64,000 nucleotides of DNA from Chitinophaga pinensis. GTDB taxonomy: Bacteria; Bacteroidota; Bacteroidia; Palsa-965. The stretch is from positions 8,687 to 72,686 of the forward strand of contig CALRZN010000007.1 of the NCBI GenBank assembly GCA_943372645.1. The letters are read 5' to 3'. A model generated the notes under the pieces. It was not told the DNA's origin. It searched no databases and saw nothing but the letters and a program-made list of their open reading frames with translations. Position numbers and translations under genes: made by a program. Of the stretch, positions 37,215-46,168 are shown one piece after another (the stretch's first letter is position 1; every line of letters begins with the position of its first letter).

Positions 37215-39830
37215 TTAAACCACCTCTTCCTCCAGCAGCTTCCGGAACACCAGTTCTTTCTCAAACATATCGAGCATAATCGGTTCGTCTTTGGAAACTT
37301 TACCGGCGAGAATCTGTTTCGATAACTCGTTCAGTATTTTTTTCTGGATCACGCGTTTCACCGGGCGTGCACCAAACTGCGGATCGTAACCCAGTTCAGC
37401 CAGCCATTCAATGGCATCGTCGGTGGCGCGCAGTGTAACATCGTTTTCGGCCAGTTTATCCACGAGCTGCTTAAACTGCATGCGTACCACGGCAAGAATA
37501 TCGTTGCGCGTGAGCGGGCTGAACATGATGATTTCATCAATGCGGTTCAGGAACTCGGGGCGGATGGTTGCTTTCAGCAACTCAAACACCTGGTTCTTTG
37601 TTTTCGCAATCAGCTGTTCGCGGTTGTTGTCGTCCATCTTGTCAAAATTCTCCTGGATCACCGGCGAACCGATGTTGGAGGTCATGATTACAATGGTGTT
37701 TTTAAAATTCACCACGCGTCCTTTGTTATCGGTCAGTCGGCCATCGTCGAGCACCTGCAGCAGGATGTTAAACACATCCGGGTGTGCTTTTTCAATTTCA
37801 TCGAGCAGGATTACACTGTAAGGTTTGCGGCGCACGGCTTCAGTAAGTTGTCCGCCTTCTTCGTAGCCCACGTACCCGGGAGGCGCACCCACCAGGCGCG
37901 ACACGCTGTGCTGTTCCTGGTACTCGCTCATGTCAATGCGCGTCATTGCATTATCATTGCTGAACAGGAATTCCGCAAGTGCTTTGGCGAGTTCGGTTTT
38001 ACCCACGCCGGTTGTACCGAGAAAGATAAACGAACCGATGGGTCGTTTCGCATCCTGCAACCCGGCGCGGCTGCGGCGCACAGCATCAGCAATGGCAATT
38101 ATTGCTTCTTCCTGGCCCACCACGCGTTTGTGCAGTTCTTCTTCCAGGTGCAGCAGCTTTTCGCGTTCGCTCTGCAGCATGCGCGAAACCGGTATGCCGG
38201 TCCAGCTGCTTACCACGGCCGCGATATCGTCGCTGTCCACTTCTTCTTTAATAAGTGCGCTGCCTTTGCTGTGCGTTGCGTTCAGTTCCGCCATTGCTTT
38301 TTCCAGGCGGTCTTCGGCTTCTTTTATGCGGCCGTAACGTATTTCAGCTACTTTGCCGTAATCGCCTGCACGTTCGGCCTGATCGGCTTCGTGTTTCAGG
38401 TTTTCAATCAGCTCTTTTTCTTTCTGTATACCTTCGGCCTGCGCTTTTTCGGCCTGCCAGCGTGCGCGTATTTCGTTTCGTTTATCGCTCAGTTCGGCAA
38501 TTTCTTTCGAAAGCTCTTCTACTTTTTCGGTATCGTTTTCACGTTTAATGGCTTCGCGTTCGATTTCGAGCTGGCGTATTTTCCGTTCCAGTTCATCGAG
38601 CTCGGCCGGCATGCTGTTTATTTCCATGCGCAGCTTCGAAGCCGCTTCGTCAATCAGGTCAATTGCCTTATCCGGCAGGAAACGTTCGGTAATGTAGCGC
38701 TGCGAAAGTTCAACAGCTGCGATGATTGCATCGTCTTTGATACGCACCTTGTGATGCGTTTCGTATTTTTCCTTGATGCCGCGCAGGATGGAAATGGCGT
38801 CTTCGGCCGACGGTTCATCCACCATCACTTTCTGAAAGCGGCGTTCAAGTGCTTTGTCTTTTTCAAAATACTTCTGGTACTCGTTCAGCGTTGTTGCACC
38901 CACTGCGCGCAGTTCACCGCGGGCCAGGGCCGGTTTCAGGATGTTGGCGGCATCCATTGCGCCTTCGCCACCGCCTGCACCAACGAGTGTATGAATTTCA
39001 TCAATGAAGAGAATGATTTCGCCATCGGCAGAAATTACTTCCTTCACCACCGATTTCAACCGTTCTTCAAATTCGCCCTTGTATTTTGCACCGGCAATGA
39101 GCGCGCCCATGTCGAGGGAATAAATCTGTTTGGTTTTCAGGTTCTCCGGCACATCACCGGCAATAATGCGGTGAGCCAGTCCTTCGGCGATGGCGGTTTT
39201 ACCCACACCGGGTTCACCCACAAGGATCGGGTTGTTTTTGGTGCGGCGCGTAAGAATCTGCAGCACGCGGCGAATTTCATCATCGCGCCCGATTACCGGG
39301 TCGAGCTTGCCGCTGCGCGCCTGCGCATTCAGGTTAATCGCAAATTTATTGAGTGCGTTGTATGTTTCTTCCTGCGACTGGCTGGTTACTTTCTGGCCTT
39401 TGCGCAGTTCTTTAATGGCTGCACGCAGGTCTTTGGTAATTACACCGCTGTCTTTCATCAGCTGCGAAACCTGGTCGCCCACTTCCACCAGTCCGAACAG
39501 CAGGTGTTCCACCGAAAGGTATTCGTCACCGGTTCCTTTCACGGCATTCATTGCCTTTGCAATGGCCTGGTTTGCGGTATTGCCGAGGTACTGCCCGCCT
39601 GCACCGCTTACCTTCGGGTAGCTGTCAATAATTTTTTCCGTTGCTGTTTCCAGCAGGCTGGTATTCACGTTCAGTTTCTTAAGCAGGAACGGAGCCACAT
39701 TCTCGTCCACTTCAAGAATCGCTTTCAGGATGTGACCGGTTTCAACGGCCTGGTGGCTTTTCATCATGGCAATCTGTTGTGCCTGCTGAATTACTTCCTG
39801 CGATTTGATTGTAAAATTGTTCAGGTTCAT
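37215..39830 (-). CDS. clpB: ATP-dependent chaperone ClpB
   Basis: Two AAA modules ([16 protein letters not shown]), middle coiled-coil domain and GAPPGYVGY; 871 aa. Confidence 0.97.
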   Translation of the reverse strand: MNLNNFTIKSQEVIQQAQQIAMMKSHQAVETGHILKAILEVDENVAPFLLKKLNVNTSLLETATEKIIDSYPKVSGAGGQYLGNTANQAIAKAMNAVKGTGDEYLSVEHLLFGLVEVGDQVSQLMKDSGVITKDLRAAIKELRKGQKVTSQSQEETYNALNKFAINLNAQARSGKLDPVIGRDDEIRRVLQILTRRTKNNPILVGEPGVGKTAIAEGLAHRIIAGDVPENLKTKQIYSLDMGALIAGAKYKGEFEERLKSVVKEVISADGEIILFIDEIHTLVGAGGGEGAMDAANILKPALARGELRAVGATTLNEYQKYFEKDKALERRFQKVMVDEPSAEDAISILRGIKEKYETHHKVRIKDDAIIAAVELSQRYITERFLPDKAIDLIDEAASKLRMEINSMPAELDELERKIRQLEIEREAIKRENDTEKVEELSKEIAELSDKRNEIRARWQAEKAQAEGIQKEKELIENLKHEADQAERAGDYGKVAEIRYGRIKEAEDRLEKAMAELNATHSKGSALIKEEVDSDDIAAVVSSWTGIPVSRMLQSEREKLLHLEEELHKRVVGQEEAIIAIADAVRRSRAGLQDAKRPIGSFIFLGTTGVGKTELAKALAEFLFSNDNAMTRIDMSEYQEQHSVSRLVGAPPGYVGYEEGGQLTEAVRRKPYSVILLDEIEKAHPDVFNILLQVLDDGRLTDNKGRVVNFKNTIVIMTSNIGSPVIQENFDKMDDNNREQLIAKTKNQVFELLKATIRPEFLNRIDEIIMFSPLTRNDILAVVRMQFKQLVDKLAENDVTLRATDDAIEWLAELGYDPQFGARPVKRVIQKKILNELSKQILAGKVSKDEPIMLDMFEKELVFRKLLEEEVV

Positions 39831-39993
39831 ACGTTCTAAAAATAAATAAAAGTTAGCATAACTAAAACGTGATCTCCATCACGCAACGCAGGTATGGCCT
39901 CAAATGCCATTCCATCGGCATAATGCTTTCAAAAACCGGTTATTCTGTCATTTCCGTTCAAAACAATACGCCGTTTTGTCGGTAATATACGCC

Positions 39994-40031
39994 AAAAAAA
40001 AGGCCGCCACGCGCAATGCGTGGCGGCCTTT
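39994..40031 (-). terminator. Intrinsic terminator of the 40053-41945 gene
   Basis: AAAGGCCGCCACGC-gcaat-GCGTGGCGGCCTTT with an A8 run on the left side. Confidence 0.85.
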
Positions 40032-40052
40032 CCGTGTTCAGTAATCGGAATG

Positions 40053-41945
40053 TTATTCTTTTACCAGTTTGGTAGTTACTTTGGCATCGCCCGAACCTAC
40101 TGTTACGAAGTAGATACCCGAAGCAAGTGCTGCAGTGTTCAGATCAACACGGTTTGCACCGCTGTTCATCTGCTGCTGGAAGTTGATGAGTGTCTGGCCA
40201 ACCAGGTTGCTTACAGTTACGTTATATGCTGCAGCTTTTTCAAGCGTTACAGTCATTACTACGTCGTCAGCAGTCGGGTTCGGGAACAGGTTTACGTTGT
40301 TGATGTTTGCAGTCTGCTCCTGTACGCCGATGATGGTAGCAACCGGGATTTCAACGTAAACGATTTCGTTGAGTCCGCCCGAGTTGTCGCCCGCATCCGG
40401 GTTGTTGGTACCTACACCGTGTCCCGGCTGTGCATCACGCTGGTAGATGAGGCGGATGATACCACCACCTACGTTACGTGAAAGCGAAGGGTAGCAACGC
40501 TCGAAGTAATCGAAGTTGTTCGGATCAGGTCCGAGCAGGTACGGAGCAGTCCAGGTCTGACCACCGTCAGCTGAGCCTACAACGTAAATGGTACGGTATG
40601 ATTTGCCGCTTCCGTTGTCGGTTGATTCGAGGATACACGAATAGGCAACATAGATGTTACCGTTTGCATCAATACCGGCAGAAGGCTGCGAAAGCAGGCC
40701 GGTACCGTAAGTACCCCAGTCTGTAACATCCAGTGCCTGGTTTGCATTGTAATCCATTGCGCCGGCAATCTCAACCGGAGCCGCATTACCCATGCCTTCG
40801 TTCCAGTACATCAGCGCAGCTACTCCCGGGAAATAGCTTACCGAGTCAGCAGAACCGTTGGTATTGATGGTACGCATATAACCATACCATACGTGTGCCT
40901 GGCCAGCATTATCGATAAGTACATCAACGGTTTCGTCGTTGGTGTCAATGGTGTCTGCAACGTTATCGTTGTTCACGTCTGTGATTCCGCTTGAATACAG
41001 CGGAATCGGGAACTGGTTCACGCGGGTTTTGGTCCAGGTAGCACCGTCGTCGGTAGATTTCAGCAGTACAACGTCTGTAATAAGATCACCCACTACGATA
41101 GCAACAGTAGAACCTTTTGCATCAATAGCATATTCGTCAGCGCTGAAAGCAACGTACTGCGATGAGTCAATCAGTGCAATTACATCCGGAACGCTCCAGG
41201 TTGCACCGCCGTCGGTTGAACGGGAATAAACGAGTGCACCATCCTGGCCGCGGTAAACAGCACCGGGAGGGCTGGCGTTGGTCGGGGTGGTAAGTGCAAT
41301 CTGGTGTACAACGTTACCGTTGGTACCGCTAACTGCGATACGCGACCAGAGGCGGCCCGAAGCGTAACCATAACCCATAGCAGGCTGCAGGTTGAAGTTT
41401 TCGGTCCAGGTGCCGGTGCCTTTTACAGCACGGGTGCTGAAGTGCATGGCGTTGCCCTGGTTGGTGTTGTGTGCAACGATCATTTCGCTGTTGTTACCGA
41501 GTACAGCAAGATCACCGAATCCGGTACGGTCGGTTTCTACGCGGTTCATGGCAACACCACCGGTCCAGGCGGTTCCGTCGAAATAGTTATAGCCGGTTCC
41601 GCGGTCAGCCCAGGCATTCCACGATCCCTGTGAAATGGTGAGACCTGCCAGTACGGTTCCGTCTGCGTTATAGATACAACGGTTCATTGTGGCGCGGTTG
41701 GTCTGCAGCGGGTACAGTGTATTTGCAATCACTGTTTCTGTTACAGCTGCAGTTGAAACCGGGTTGCCCTGTGAACGGGCGGGTTGGCTGGTGGCAGCAA
41801 CGGCCATGTCATAAAACGACATATCAACATTGGTTGCCGGTTTGGGTGCTTTTGCGTTCAGGTTTGTTTTCATCAGCATGGTAGGCTGCTGTGCAAAAAC
41901 AGATACTGAGCCAATTAAAGCGATTGACAGTATTGATTTTTTCAT
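40053..41945 (-). CDS. T9SS type A cargo protein with Asp-box (BNR) repeats
   Basis: Signal peptide; SRSTDGGATW, KSTDDGATW and SADGGQTW; C-terminal LFPNPT..NLVGQ..ASGIYFV..KLVKE. Confidence 0.85.
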   Translation of the reverse strand: MKKSILSIALIGSVSVFAQQPTMLMKTNLNAKAPKPATNVDMSFYDMAVAATSQPARSQGNPVSTAAVTETVIANTLYPLQTNRATMNRCIYNADGTVLAGLTISQGSWNAWADRGTGYNYFDGTAWTGGVAMNRVETDRTGFGDLAVLGNNSEMIVAHNTNQGNAMHFSTRAVKGTGTWTENFNLQPAMGYGYASGRLWSRIAVSGTNGNVVHQIALTTPTNASPPGAVYRGQDGALVYSRSTDGGATWSVPDVIALIDSSQYVAFSADEYAIDAKGSTVAIVVGDLITDVVLLKSTDDGATWTKTRVNQFPIPLYSSGITDVNNDNVADTIDTNDETVDVLIDNAGQAHVWYGYMRTINTNGSADSVSYFPGVAALMYWNEGMGNAAPVEIAGAMDYNANQALDVTDWGTYGTGLLSQPSAGIDANGNIYVAYSCILESTDNGSGKSYRTIYVVGSADGGQTWTAPYLLGPDPNNFDYFERCYPSLSRNVGGGIIRLIYQRDAQPGHGVGTNNPDAGDNSGGLNEIVYVEIPVATIIGVQEQTANINNVNLFPNPTADDVVMTVTLEKAAAYNVTVSNLVGQTLINFQQQMNSGANRVDLNTAALASGIYFVTVGSGDAKVTTKLVKE

Positions 41946-42316
41946 TTGTTAAAGGATAAATAGTTAGTTAGACTTCAGGCATGCTTCGTACTGGCAAATA
42001 TAACAAAGGAAATTTAACATCTGCGCAACCTGCTTTAGAATTCGGATATATAGACTGGTATTTTGCGCGTATTTGATTGTTTTTCAATCGGCTCATTTTA
42101 TGGGGCGTTTCAGGTGCAAACCCAGATAAAGGGGTGCAAAATCTAATACGGACACCTATCAGCCTTTGCGATTTAGAACCAAAGCACTGATTTTCAGCTA
42201 CTTAAAAATAAAAATCAGAAAAAGCGGTTCAAAAAAATCGGATTTGGAAATCAGGCACTTGGGCAGAAAAAAGCTGAAAATTTTACCCGGACGGCTCCCG
42301 AAAAGCAGAAATGCCG

Positions 42317-42324
42317 TACCTTTG
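42317..42324 (+). promoter_or_regulatory. Bacteroidota -7 promoter box for rpsA
   Basis: TACCTTTG about 100 nt upstream of the ATG. Confidence 0.6.
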
Positions 42325-42422
42325 TCGCCCTTCCGAAGGAGAAGGAAACGCTGTCCGGTTGCAGCGATGTTTCACCCGCATAACGAATCCGGTCGTAATG
42401 CATCATTTTAATTTTGCCACTC

Positions 42423-44234
42423 ATGGCTGATACACAAACAGTACCGGTTGACAATTTCGACTGGAATTCTATCGGTAAAAAGCAGGACGTATATTCGAAA
42501 GACGAAATTGCGCGCCTCGAATCCCTTTACGAGCAGACACTGCGCTCGGTAACTGATCACGAAGTAGTTGAAGGGACCGTTGTTGCAAAAAACAACAAAG
42601 AAGTAGTAGTAAATATCGGTTTCAAATCAGACGGCGTAGTGCCCCTGTCCGAATTCCGTTACAATCCCGATCTGCGTGTCGGCGAAAAAGTAGAAGTGTA
42701 CATTGAAAGCCAGGAAGACAAAACCGGGCAGCTTGTACTTTCGCACAAAAAAGCCCGCGCCATGAAGTCGTGGGAGCGTGTGAACAGCGCGCTTACCAGC
42801 GATGAAGTGATCAAAGGTTACGTAAAATGCCGCACCAAAGGCGGTCTTATCGTTGACGTATTCGGAATCGAAGCATTCCTTCCGGGTTCACAGATCGACG
42901 TTAAGCCGATCCGCGACTACGATGTTTACGTGGGCAAGACCATGGAATTCAAAGTAGTAAAAATCAACAACGAATTCAAAAACGTGGTGGTATCGCACAA
43001 AGCGCTTATCGAGGAAGAACTCGAAGCACAGAAACGCGAAATCATCGGCAAACTTGAAAAAGGCCAGGTACTGGAAGGTACCGTTAAAAACATCACGTCG
43101 TACGGTGTATTCATCGACCTCGGCGGTGTTGACGGTCTTATCCACATCACCGATCTCAGCTGGGGCCGCATTTCGCACCCGGAAGAAATCGTTAAACTGG
43201 ATCAGAAACTCAACGTGGTTATTCTTGATTTCGACGATCAGAAAAAACGCATTGCACTCGGTCTCAAACAGCTTACCTCGCACCCGTGGGAATCGCTCAG
43301 CAGCGAAATCAAGGTGGGCGACAAAATCAAAGGCCGCGTAGTGGTTATTGCCGACTACGGTGCGTTTGTTGAAGTTGCTGCAGGCGTTGAAGGCCTCATT
43401 CACGTTTCGGAAATGTCGTGGTCGCAGCACCTGCGCAGCGCACAGGACTTCCTGAAAGTGGGCGACGATGTGGAAGCAGTAGTTCTTACACTCGACCGCG
43501 ACGAGAAGAAAATGTCGCTGGGTGTGAAACAACTCACTCCTGATCCGTGGGCAAACATCCTGGATAAATATCCGCAGAACTCACGTCATACTGCTACCGT
43601 ACGTAACTTTACCAACTACGGTATCTTCGTTGAACTCGAAGAAGGTATTGACGGCCTCATCCACATTTCTGACCTCAGCTGGTCGAAAAAGATCAAACAT
43701 CCGTCAGAGTTCACCAAAATCGGCGAACAGATTGACGTTGTTGTACTTGATGTGGACGTTGAAAACCGCCGCGTAAGCCTCGGTCACAAACAGCTTGAAG
43801 AAAACCCGTGGGATGTATTCGAAACCGTGTTCACACTCGGTTCGGTTCACCGCGGTACCATCATCAGCGTGAACGACAAAGGTGCTGTGATTTCCCTCCC
43901 GTACGGTGTTGAAGGCTTCTGCCCGAAAAAACACCTGCTGAAGTCGGAAGGCGGCGACGGAGCTGTTGATGATAACATCGACTTCAAAGTGATCGAATTC
44001 AATAAAGAAGCGAAAAAGATCATTGTTTCACACCGCAATACAGACGAATCAATCGCAATTGAGGAGAAAGAACCGCGTGGTGGAGCCAAAAAAGAGAAAA
44101 ACAGCGGAAACAAAGAAACCAAAGACGCCGTTAAAAAGGTAAAAGACAACCTGGAGAAAACTACCCTGGGTGATATTTCGGCCCTTTCGGATCTGAAATC
44201 GGAGATGGAAAAATCCGAGAAGTCGAAAGACTAA
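42423..44234 (+). CDS. rpsA: 30S ribosomal protein S1
   Basis: Six S1 repeats (AFLPGSQID, GVDGLIHITDLSW, EGLIHVSEMSW, DGLIHISDLSW). Confidence 0.97.
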   Translation: MADTQTVPVDNFDWNSIGKKQDVYSKDEIARLESLYEQTLRSVTDHEVVEGTVVAKNNKEVVVNIGFKSDGVVPLSEFRYNPDLRVGEKVEVYIESQEDKTGQLVLSHKKARAMKSWERVNSALTSDEVIKGYVKCRTKGGLIVDVFGIEAFLPGSQIDVKPIRDYDVYVGKTMEFKVVKINNEFKNVVVSHKALIEEELEAQKREIIGKLEKGQVLEGTVKNITSYGVFIDLGGVDGLIHITDLSWGRISHPEEIVKLDQKLNVVILDFDDQKKRIALGLKQLTSHPWESLSSEIKVGDKIKGRVVVIADYGAFVEVAAGVEGLIHVSEMSWSQHLRSAQDFLKVGDDVEAVVLTLDRDEKKMSLGVKQLTPDPWANILDKYPQNSRHTATVRNFTNYGIFVELEEGIDGLIHISDLSWSKKIKHPSEFTKIGEQIDVVVLDVDVENRRVSLGHKQLEENPWDVFETVFTLGSVHRGTIISVNDKGAVISLPYGVEGFCPKKHLLKSEGGDGAVDDNIDFKVIEFNKEAKKIIVSHRNTDESIAIEEKEPRGGAKKEKNSGNKETKDAVKKVKDNLEKTTLGDISALSDLKSEMEKSEKSKD

Positions 44235-44295
44235 TCCGCTACTGATACCGCTGCGGAAACGCAGCGTTCTAAAAACTACGCCATGGTTTTTAGTT

Positions 44296-44352
44296 AAACG
44301 CCCCGTTCCGGTCCCGATAGCTATCGGGAAGCCGGGACGGGCGTTTTTTTTT
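44296..44352 (+). terminator. rpsA terminator with an 18-bp perfect palindrome in its apex
   Basis: AAACGCCC..CCGG-[TCCCGATAGCTATCGGGA]-..CCGGGACGGGCGTTTTTTTTT. Confidence 0.8.
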
Positions 44353-44495
44353 ACCCCAATTCATAACTGCGCATCGGGTTCGTTTTCAAATAAATACTTG
44401 TTTTCAGGTATTCTTTTTGATATTACAATATATTTATATAATTTGCTTTTTAATTATATACGTGTATTTTTGAATATATGCTTTTGGAAAAACCT

Positions 44496-44852
44496 ATGGA
44501 ACGGCGATGCACAGAATGCGGTGAAACCGTTACGGGCCGCATTGACAAACGGTTCTGTTCGGATCAGTGCCGGAACAGTTTCAACAATAAAAACAACAGC
44601 GACAGCAGTAACCTGATGCGCAACATCAATCACGCGCTGCGCAAAAACCGGCGTATCCTTGCCGAACTGAATCCCGAAGGCAAAATAACGCTGCACCGCG
44701 ACAAACTGGTCGCCAAAGGGTTTAACTTCAATTACCACACCCATATTTACACCACGCGCAAGGGCGATCATTACCATTTTGTGTATGATATGGGGTTTTT
44801 AGAACTGGCGAATAATTTCTACATGCTCGTCAAACGCAATCCCGACGAATAA
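44496..44852 (+). CDS. Small Zn-ribbon protein (conserved Bacteroidota hypothetical)
   Basis: CTECG..GRIDKRFCSDQCRN, INHALRKNRRIL and GFNFNYHTH motifs. Confidence 0.8.
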   Translation: MERRCTECGETVTGRIDKRFCSDQCRNSFNNKNNSDSSNLMRNINHALRKNRRILAELNPEGKITLHRDKLVAKGFNFNYHTHIYTTRKGDHYHFVYDMGFLELANNFYMLVKRNPDE

Positions 44853-45020
44853 CCTGCAGCCCTTTTCCCACGGGTAATGCAACTTCCGCTTACACTTATC
44901 CGTTTATAATAGAATACCGCTAATTAACTTTCAGCAGTTAATAACGCATATTTGCTGATACCGTTTATGGCGGGTATATTGCAGTATCTTTCGAAAATCA
45001 ACTCAATTGTGCTGTTGCTT

Positions 45021-45953
45021 ATGAACCGGATTCTTGCTTGTATTACGGGCCTCTGCCTCACTGCGTTTACCGCATTTTCCCAGGAAACGGTGCGCCAGGA
45101 CTGGGGCATTTTAAAAATGCCGGGTAAACTGGATACTTCAACCATTGTGAGCACCTGGCAGATTTATGCCGAGGGCCTGGATACGCTGCCGCACATGGTG
45201 TACTGGCGCAAAGTGATTACGCTGCCGCCTGACAGCGGTGTACTCAGCATCGGTTCGAACCGGCAGATGCTGGCTACCATGGCCTGCAAAGACTGGGACA
45301 AAAAAACCGATCCGGAAAAAGAAGTATATCGCGACAGTGTTCGGAAACAACACGGCTTAACCGATTCAACGAGCATTTTCTTTGCAACCGGTAAGAATGA
45401 TTTTTTTAATATTCCGCTCTCTGTTCCTGAAATTGACAGGGGCGTACGTGCCTTTGCCAACGAAGGTGTTGATCCCTTTTATGCACAGGCCATACTGCTG
45501 ATTGAAAGTCCCGGAAAAGTGCGCAAATCGCATGTAGGCGCCTACGGTTCGTTTCAGCTGATGCCTGCTGTGGCGCGCAAAATGGGACTGAAAGTTACCA
45601 AAACCGTTGATGAACGCGCCGACTTTGATAAATCGGCAAAAGCGGCCGCCAGACTGCTGAACACCGTGTGTATTCCGTACACCAACGCGATGCTGGATAA
45701 ACGCGGCATTGCATACAAACCGACTGATCTGTGGTACCGCCTGCTCGTGATGCACGTATATCACGCAGGGGCCGGCAACGTTGAAAAAGCACTGGCTTCG
45801 TTTGAACCTTGCGAAGGCAACATCGAAATCATTAAAACGCTGTGGCATACCAAAGCCGGGCAGTTCGGCAAAGCATCGCAGAATTACTCGCAGGTAGCGG
45901 TGGCTGCGCTGCTCGAAATGGACGCCTACCTGAAGGCGAAAAGCCAGCCGTAG
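45021..45953 (+). CDS. Lytic transglycosylase (SLT domain)
   Basis: Signal peptide; ILLIES (catalytic Glu), SHVGAYGSFQLMP, DER and YHAGAGNV. Confidence 0.85.
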   Translation: MNRILACITGLCLTAFTAFSQETVRQDWGILKMPGKLDTSTIVSTWQIYAEGLDTLPHMVYWRKVITLPPDSGVLSIGSNRQMLATMACKDWDKKTDPEKEVYRDSVRKQHGLTDSTSIFFATGKNDFFNIPLSVPEIDRGVRAFANEGVDPFYAQAILLIESPGKVRKSHVGAYGSFQLMPAVARKMGLKVTKTVDERADFDKSAKAAARLLNTVCIPYTNAMLDKRGIAYKPTDLWYRLLVMHVYHAGAGNVEKALASFEPCEGNIEIIKTLWHTKAGQFGKASQNYSQVAVAALLEMDAYLKAKSQP

Positions 45954-45988
45954 CGATTAACAGAAATACAATAAAACAAAAATTCTGG

Positions 45989-46013
45989 AAAGCACCCTTC
46001 GGGGTGCTTTTTT
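45989..46013 (+). terminator. Intrinsic terminator
   Basis: AAAGCACCC-ttcg-GGGTGCTTTTTT. Confidence 0.85.
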
Positions 46014-46168
46014 AGCATTAAAACACACTGATTATCAGAAGATTATCGCATTGTTAACACCTTGACGTAATACTAACCCATTGATACTCTTGTTTTTGTA
46101 TTGCTGAATGTGTAACTTTCCCATTCGAAAAGCTGTAAACTCTCCCGATCAGCGTAATTCAGTATAAC

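Noticed and set aside
37782-39839. 685-aa ORF on the + strand
   Set aside because: Antisense shadow of clpB; F/V/H-rich with no recognisable motifs, as expected from codon bias on the coding strand.
42325-42422. Structured rpsA leader as a new RNA
   Set aside because: Only short hairpins; structured autoregulatory leaders are expected for rpsA and nothing specific can be supported here.
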